From NCBI GenBank assembly GCA_965153285.1, contig OZ229113.1: a stretch of DNA of 64,000 bases; one strand, written 5' to 3'. Every line of letters begins with the position of its first letter. Position 1 is the stretch's first letter. The translations under genes were made by a program, and so were the position numbers. Below the pieces are notes generated by a model. It did not search any database. It was not told the DNA's origin and saw only the letters and a program-made list of their open reading frames with translations. This document shows, piece by piece, positions 56,530-64,000 of this stretch. This DNA comes from Podarcis tiliguerta (Eukaryota).

Positions 56530-56679
56530 TTAGGAGAGCAAACCGGTTATTCCAGCCAAATTAGACAATCCTGCCAAACTGCCTAACTTGCTCATCAGTG
56601 CCTTGAAGTCATTAAAGTTGATTTTTCCATCTTTATCCAAGTCCGCGTATTTGGATATATCGTTGAGAGACATTGAACC
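56530..56679 (-). CDS. S100G-like exon 3, coding part (canonical EF-hand plus extended tail)
   Basis: Acceptor cttacag, loop DLDKDGKINFND, TAA at 56530-56532, AATAAA at 56385-56390. Confidence 0.85.
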   Translation of the reverse strand, partial: GSMSLNDISKYADLDKDGKINFNDFKALMSKLGSLAGLSNLAGITGLLS

Positions 56680-59600
56680 CTGTAAGTTTTATTTGGGTGG
56701 TGGTAAGGGAGTGGAAAAGAAAGCAAAATAGTTTTATATACGATAACTTTCAGAATAGTGAGTTACAGAACATATTTAAGCTAAATTCTTTCCTTGAAAC
56801 ATGGTTATCTATACACAATAATTTTGAGCCAGCCTTTTCATTTCCTTATAGGCGGTGTACAATTTTATCAGGGTATATGTTGGGTACACCTATGAACAAT
56901 TCTGGAACACTGTTTTTTCCCCCATCAGCCCTGTTCTGTGTTCCTCTTCCAAGTTAGAAACGGAGACAATATTCCTTGCCTTTCTCTCAGGAGTTAGAGG
57001 CTACATTTGGTTTGGGAAAACAGGATGTGGGAGCAGGTATAAAAAAGTAGACCTGCCCTGTCCCTTACTTGGCCTGAGTGAATGGCCTCATTGATGGGTG
57101 ATGGAGAACTGGGAGAGTGGATTAGAAAAGAACTGTAATTCCCCTTCACATCCAACATAACAGGCTTTTATTGGTTTCAAACACTGCCTTTCAAAATAAA
57201 AATATATAAATACAATTTTTTATATTTATAAATATTTTCCCAAAGCATAATAGAAATATAAAATGAAAATATATCAAAACAGATACCTAAATCATAATTT
57301 AAATACTGAAACAGAAGTTTATAAAACAAACATTGAAATACTCCGCTAACCAATATATGCAAAAGCCATTAATTATAATTATAAGTTTTTTAACTTTCCA
57401 AAGTTGTTTTTCAAATAGTTGTGACTCGCCCCGTGACCTTAGCGTTGAAGGGTGGGTAACAACTTAAAATACCAACGAAAACAATAATAATTGACTCTAG
57501 CATCACACCAAGATATGTAGCTTGAGTAAAGGGACGTTAAGAAGTGGGGCAGATAGAATCTGGCTTAGTTCACAAGGGCTCTCAGTGAATTAACTGAGTA
57601 CCATTCACATCTGTGGAAAAAAACCAAAGCACTGTACTTGGACCAGTTAAGCTAGAAAGCTAAACCACTGAGCTTTTGTTACGGTGCAAAATCTGCTCTG
57701 CTCTTGACACTTAGTGGCTCAGCCTCCGTGGCCATTGCATACTCTCCCTCTAGCAGTCCTCTTGTACTGAACAGACAGTCTACAGAAAGGTATAATAGGC
57801 CAGGAAAGCAAACCTAACTCGCTGTGCCTTTAGCGTCACAGCCAAAGTATGCTTTGGTCCTGCCCAAACCTGCCTTTAATTTAGGGAGATGGCAAGGCAA
57901 ATGTTAAAATCTGATGACATAAGATTGACATGAGACCCATATTAGTAGGCCTCCATTAGCCTGTGGCTGGGATTTTGTTATTATTATAGAAACCAGACAT
58001 GGTGTCTCTGTGCCCGGCCGCTTTTGTTCCAGGCCACAACCAGGATCACAGCACTGCCATTCACTGAACAAGTGCTTCCCAAGAACATTCGGCAACTATT
58101 TTTAATCCCAGGCTGCTGCTTGTGGGAAAAGCAAGATTAGATCTGTGGACGAAGAACAATCTCTTGGCTGTTGCTGGGAGGTGTGAAGGAACTTTGCATT
58201 GAATGAATGGCATGACCATGCTGCTGTGCACCTTGTGAAAGAGGGTTAGGACTTCTGCTCAACACTCTACATGGGGCACAAAGATTGCACTACTCTCAGT
58301 AGCTGTACCAGGCACGCTAACAAAAATAAGATACATTTGCAGATAGTTCAGTCTACTTTTGCAGAGCATTTTAAGCATTTACTTTCACACTGCTTTTTAA
58401 AAAGTGCAGCTGCACCCTTTTCCTCATACTTTGTTTTATTAGCACGCTATGTGCTTGTTTGAGAGAGTGCATTTATCTCTTAGTATTTTAGCTTTTGTGC
58501 TAGCAAATGCTGTTTGTGAATGTGACCTGTGGTGCATATTCTTTTTGTGGCATTCTTATCTACTGGGTATTATTATTTCTTTTAATACTTCTATGACTCA
58601 CATTAAGCTGAAAGACAGTGATTGCCCACCTAAATGGGTATCTGAACATGTATTTCTTCATTGTTCAAAACAAACACTCTAGCCACTAGATTGTACTGAT
58701 CCTAACAGCTCTGGTGAGTTACATTTTTCAGCTGCAATTTTCCCTTAATGTATATTCCCACTGTCCTTGCTAAACTCATCTCACTTATGACCACAAAACA
58801 ATAATTTTGTTCCAAAACTATTATAAAAATTACTTTTATGTAAAATTTATCTCCAATATTAGCTTTCACTAAATACCTAAATGAAACACTTACATTTTAG
58901 CAAGGAGCATATATTTTTTAAAGTACCTATTAATTGTGCATAGTTTTCTCTAGATTTCATTTTGCACAGAAATGGATAGACTAGACCAGGCTTCCTCAAA
59001 CTCGGCCCTCCAGATGTTTTGAGACTACAATTCCCATCATCCCTGACCACTGGTCCTGTTAGCTAGGGATCATGGGACTTGTAGGCCAGAAACATCTGGA
59101 GGGCTGAGCTTGAGGAAGCCTGGACTAGACTCTTTGTTTCAGAAAGCACTGGAATACTTATTATGATTTTAAACAGAACTTAAGCAAATTTGCTAACATT
59201 TACTCTGTACACAGGTATTAACCCATTCTTGTTTGGGCCTGTTCTGACAGAGTCTTGTTTATATCCATTGAACACTTTGGGGTCTGGTTGTTGTTGTTTT
59301 TTAAATCTTCCTGCTGGAGGCTACCATATTAAAAACTGGATGCTACCATATTAAAAGAGAAAGAAAATTTTGAGGGCTTTATATTGTTGGCATATTCAGC
59401 AAGTTCACTAGGTAATTCTTAGAGCACCCTTCTGTTGTTCGAAGTCCTGACTTTGATATCTTTCCACTGTGGTTCTCAATTTATAATTTCCCCACCTATT
59501 CTGTAACCCAGTGACGCTCTTTATGTAAGTAATTTAGAGAGGACTCTCGCCTCAAAAACCAACAACTAACTTCAGCTAAAATAATAATTTTGTTTTCAAA

Positions 59601-60453
59601 ATTTGATATTATAATCAACTTCCTTGTCTCTAGCTACTTAAGATTCTAGCAGTAACTAAAATTTCACCATAACACGTTCATAGATTGCCCAGTGTTTTGT
59701 ATAATCAAACCCATATATTTGTCTAAAGAAACCCTTAAAATGTTAATTAAAATGTTTGAAAAACATTTTGATGGAGAGATTTCAATGTTTGAAAACATGA
59801 TTTCATCTAAATTAAAACTTTTCAAGTGCGATCAACAAAAACAATCTAAACATTGCAAATGTTTTTCTGAACAATATTTTCAGCATGTAAAGACAAACAT
59901 TCAAGCATCAGTGTACTAGATTTCTTTTTGCCTTGTTACCTTTTGTAAAACATGCTTTTCTTAGGATCAGATTATCCTGCTTTTCTTAGGTTGCCTAACA
60001 GCTACAAATAATCATTATAGAAGCAGTTCACCAAAGTAAAGCCTATATTAATTTCATTCAGACTTGGATATGAAGCTACATAAATTATTACAATGAATGG
60101 AAGCTGTTGTCTATCTTACTAAATTATTCCCACATTGCTGTGCCTCCCCATCCCTCCCTTGCTGTCCAGTCATGTTTTAAACTCTTCAGAGCTTCGTTGG
60201 ACTATGTCCCTTGTTTGTCCTTTAGTGAATTGGATTTGTTTGGAAAATACCACAAATTAGATGCAGGCTTCAGTAAATATTAATGTTATCTAGTGTAATT
60301 GGCAGTGCAATTTGGAAGACTTACCAAAACATTTGAGAAGTGGCTCTGAATCAAACTTTTAAGTCCGTCCATGGAAAGCAGATGCTTGCTACCTTCTTTC
60401 ATAGCATACTGAGTGAAGAGACTTAAGAGTTGGTCACTATTAAATTCTGCCAT
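56530..60453 (-). CDS. S100G: S100G-like (calbindin-D9k family) EF-hand protein, 92 aa, nested antisense in CTPS2 intron 13
   Basis: Two coding exons joined in phase 0: MAEFNSDQLLSLFTQYAMKEGSKHLLSMDGLKSLIQSHFSNVL + GSMSLNDISKYADLDKDGKINFNDFKALMSKLGSLAGLSNLAGITGLLS*; same position and exon layout as mammalian S100G; orthologue versus paralogue is unresolved. Confidence 0.8.
58987..59122. mobile_element. Palindromic hAT MITE (same family as 53474-53606)
   Basis: CAGGCTTCCTCAA / TTGAGGAAGCCTG; perfect 8-bp TSD GACTAGAC. Confidence 0.88.
60325..60453 (-). CDS. S100G-like exon 2, coding part (pseudo EF-hand)
   Basis: Acceptor ctcttttacag (exon starts 60472), ATG at 60453, FxxYAxKEG motif, donor TTG|GTAAGT. 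Confidence 0.88.
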
Positions 60454-60862
60454 ATTTGTGTATATTCGAAAGCTGTAAAAGAGCAAACAAAGTTAACCTA
60501 TTTTGAAGTTTATAGAGGGGAAATACATTGATTTAATACGACATCTACATAGGTATGTGGAAAATGTAGTTTTATATAGCAATTACAATGAAGCCATTTT
60601 CTCTTAAGTTGCTAATTCTGCTCATACAACATTAATTGCAAGCTAACTGACATCATATGTGAAACTTCTGACATGTAAGAAGCTGCGGTATTTTCTCCTG
60701 TGGAAAAACTTTATCATGTTTTCCTGAAATATATTTTTCCTGGAAAGATAAAAAACACATTTTTCTTTATACACTGTGGTGCACTGCATTCTGAAAGTAG
60801 TAGAATTGAGGACATTCATAGAAGACATCCAAAAAGACATAAAATAAATAAATCATAATTAC

Positions 60863-60935
60863 CCAATACTCCAAAAGCAGAGGCTCTGCAAACGCAATGT
60901 GAGAAGCTCAGGGCTGAGGCATCCTTTTATGTCTC
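60863..60935 (-). promoter_or_regulatory. S100G-like TATA-type element (CATAAAAG ~60924-60931) and short non-coding exon 1 ending 60863
   Basis: TATA-like box about 30 nt upstream of a ~40 nt exon ending TGG|GTAATT; typical S100 layout. Confidence 0.65.
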
Positions 60936-62006
60936 TCCCGCTCCACCCTGTTATGCCTCTCACTCCGCCCTGATTATGAAATTTGTCTTTGCTGACAGAT
61001 GTTAGCAGTGTAACATACTTTTAGCATTCAAGTTTATTTTTTTAAAGAACAAAATATGGTAATTGGATGCACCCTGCCGGTGTATCTTAAAAGCTTTGCT
61101 TTTTTCCTTTTCAGATGTGTTTTTGGGATAAGGAAATAGCTGGATATTGCTAGAACTTTGTTATATTTTTAACAGCAGCCCACGCTTTTGTCAGGTCTAT
61201 ATAGGATCTTTGTAACCAAGCACATTGCAGTATTACAAGTTTTTCCTGATTCCCCTCATTCATACTTGTGATACATCTGTGTGGTGTAAGTAGGAAATGC
61301 CACAGCATGCCCTGGCCCATGCCAGCACTGGAAGGCCCATGTCTGATAGTTAAGTCTATATCGATAAAAGAAGCACTTACAGCAACTCCCGCAGCGCATA
61401 TGCACAAACATGCCTCTAGCCACCAAGCAACTCTCCCCCCACAGATATGCTCCTTGCAGTGCAGTTGCAGCAACAGTGAGACCCTGCCCCTCTGCTGGCT
61501 TATATTCCCTCACCTGGTGGGTTGTACACCGACAACCTGAGACGTCTTCTGCATGGAACTCATTGCCTCTCTTCTTGCTTCAAGCACCTCCTGGTTCTCA
61601 GAGACAGTGGGTTGGGGGAAGGTGGGCAGTCTCCCGACCCATCTGTCACTTGAACAGCCTCTTCTTCTGCCACATCCTGCACACCTTCCTTCACCTCCGA
61701 CTCTCCCTCCTCCCCATGCCCTGGCTCCTACTTGCGGGTGGCGTCAAACCCCATAAGTTACTGGTCCCCTCTCCGGGGTCACTCCCTCGGTCCCCTGCCT
61801 CCGCCACACACTCTTCAGAGCCCCGTCAGTCCCTGACATAGCAATGCACTTAGCATAGCTTCATACTAGATAGCACACCTGTAGCCCTTGAAAACATCTA
61901 TCCTTCCAAAGAAATTAAGTAACCTAGAAGAAGGGTTTTTTTCTTCCGCTGCTCTGCCTATATTTAGTTTTCAAACAGATTTACTGAGGGAACAAGAGTT
62001 TCAAGC

Positions 62007-62007
62007 A

Positions 62008-62047
<40 letters not shown>

Positions 62048-62064
62048 AAGAAAGAAAGAAAGAG
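62007..62064. repeat. (AG)n/(AAAG)n microsatellite
   Basis: Direct reading. Confidence 0.9.
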
Positions 62065-63599
62065 AATGAGTTATAAAATGACTATTAAGTCGTCCTGATT
62101 TTACCACAATTCCATGTAGTTTTGGCATTTTAGCAGGATGTTAGAAACTAATATAGACAAATGGTTTTCAGAAGAGATAGGTAATACAGGTAGGTGGCAG
62201 CTACCTGTAGTTTGTAAAATAATATTTTAAGCAAAGTATACTGACTTCATTGGCCGGTAGTAGTATATCAAATTTCAAATCTGAATTCAGGACAAACTAA
62301 GCTGATACTTTTAATGAATTCTCTATATCACTGGTTCCCAATTAGCTATTTACTGAGGACCCCCTATATTTCAAAGGCCAAGCCACAGACCCCCTACTTT
62401 TGAAAAATTTTATAGCTCCATGGTAGTTACCTCTGCAGAGCAATTTTTTGAACAAAATATGGGGTAGCCCCTAAGAAGCAAAGGATTTTAGGTATATTAA
62501 AAAACAGACTAGGGCTGAGCAATACCTGGTTTTCAACATTGTGATATATCAGCAGCTAAACATCACAACATTCCGATATATCATGATGTCTGAAAAGGAA
62601 GATCAGGCATGGGGATGAGGGAAGGAACGGTCACAGAGATCTGTTAAGAGAGTCAAGTAAGTATTTGTGAGGGAGTGGGGTGGGTGCCACTGCTGGTCTG
62701 CTTCAGGTTACTGCATTAACTGCACCTTATTAGTGATGATGTTTTAAATCTTCAGAACGACACACCTGTTTGTTGTGACAATGAAGAACACTGCTACTGT
62801 TGTATTGTTGGCTGCATAGCACTGATTTGTTACCATGATGATGCCTGCTGCCATTTACTCCCTGCTTATCTCCTCTCCATCTAAACACCCCCACATTTCT
62901 CATAGGGCGTATGCTATATAAACTGGGTGTGTACATTGAATCTAGGCAGCTTAATGATTGGCCTAGGGCGCTAGGATATTTAATTCTGAAGTTATTGCTG
63001 GCCTAGAAGGAATATGGTCCTTTCCATCATTTCATTTCTGATAATAAGATCTAAGAAAACTTATTAATCTTCAGTTATAAACTGTTATTCATCTTGTGCA
63101 TTTCTGTACCCCCATCTGTTGTATTGATAAATGTATTTACAACAGAACAAATCTTTGCTAACGAATTTATTCAAAGGTAGTATGATGCTGAGAGACATGA
63201 TGTTGTTTGACAGGGTTAAAGGAAAGGCAACCGCTGCAGGAGACTCAGGAAGTGGGGCTTCTAAAGCAAACAGGCAGAAGTATTGCATGTTTGGATGAAG
63301 GCATGCCAAGAGAAGCAATCGCTATATAAAAGCTAGTTCCTAAGTTCCATCCTGCTCTGCCAAACTCAGACGGGTCCAACATTCATACTGTTTCACTACA
63401 AAATGTCATTTCTTGCTGTTATCAACTATAAAATCTACCTACAGTATACATTAAACTGGGAAAAACAGGACTTTATTTTGCATTTTTGGCAGTTTATGTA
63501 TTGGTGGGGGGTGGGGATGAAATCACATGTACATGATTCGTAATGGTGTCCGTTTCCTAATCGTAAAGGTGATTCAATAATGTATGGAAGGGATGCTGT

Positions 63600-63760
63600 G
63601 GATTGTTTTAGGGATCCAGATTGGAGATCCTGTCTCAGATGTAGCTGCAGCTCTTTCTTCTCCAAATTTGGTGGATACCTTTTGGTTTGTGCAAGTTGAG
63701 GATGTGGACATAATTCTTGGGAAAGTGTGGTCAACTACATTCTTGCCTATCCTGGCTTAC
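63600..63760 (+). mobile_element. Decayed L2-like LINE ORF2 fragment
   Basis: Plus-strand EDVDIILGKVWSTT resembles the L2 pre-RT motif. Confidence 0.4.
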
Positions 63761-64000
63761 GACAGCACTTTAGGACTGAATTGCTTGGTGATAAATATCC
63801 CATTTAGTAAGTATCCCATTAGAAAAAGGAACAGATTTTTAAAATTAACAATCAGTCTCCAATACACCATTCTTAGACAACATATCTGAGTGTGTTGTGG
63901 TATTTGGCCTTGTAAAATCTGGGTTTGTTTTGTTCAGGTAATTGGGAATGGCAGTGAATAAAGGTGGCATTTAGTTCTAGTTTTTTTCTTTTAATTTTTT

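Noticed and set aside
60110-60225. Minus-strand CTGGACAGCAAGGGAGGGATGGGGAG resembling an LDxNGDGE EF loop
   Set aside because: Needs several frameshifts, contains stops and has no good acceptor; a proper exon 3 exists at 56530-56679
62733-62825. GTGATGA...CTGA spacing suggestive of a C/D box snoRNA
   Set aside because: No terminal stem and no recognisable rRNA or snRNA guide sequence
63435-63734. Minus-strand ORF containing PPNLEKKELQLHLRQDL, superficially like S100 helix II
   Set aside because: No FxxYAxKEG motif and no fitting splice sites; the opposite strand looks like a decayed L2 ORF2
63930-63965. Acceptor-like tgttcag followed by GTAATT, as possible CTPS2 exon 14
   Set aside because: Reads VIGNGSE* rather than the expected VIDMPEH; the true exon lies beyond the window

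Overview
Vertebrate genomic DNA, most likely a lacertid lizard, judged from Squam3/Squam2/Sauria-type SINEs, CR1/L2/Penelope fragments and many hAT and Tc1-mariner MITEs. It holds the conserved block TXLNG (minus, 10 coding exons, ~538 aa, complete), SYAP1 (minus, 9 exons, ~361 aa, complete) and CTPS2 (plus, a non-coding exon 1 plus coding exons 2-13; the 3' part lies beyond the window). All exon boundaries were read by hand with GT-AG ends and consistent phases. Nested antisense in CTPS2 intron 13, where S100G/calbindin-D9k lies in mammals, is an intact three-exon S100G-like gene of 92 aa whose last exon is missed by the ORF track. It is strongly diverged: the terminal Glu is replaced in both EF-hand loops (E to G and E to D) and it has gained a tandem-repeat-derived Gly/Leu-rich C-terminal tail. 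Other notable items are a second CpG-island/TATA promoter with a non-coding first exon in TXLNG intron 1, an inverted MITE pair bracketing TXLNG exons 2-6 (a possible stop-less circRNA), hAT MITEs carrying the same ACTACAnnTCCCA motif as the TXLNG promoter, and a damaged minimal hammerhead ribozyme in a Penelope-like fragment beside the CTPS2 promoter. Repeat family names come from pattern recognition, not database searches.
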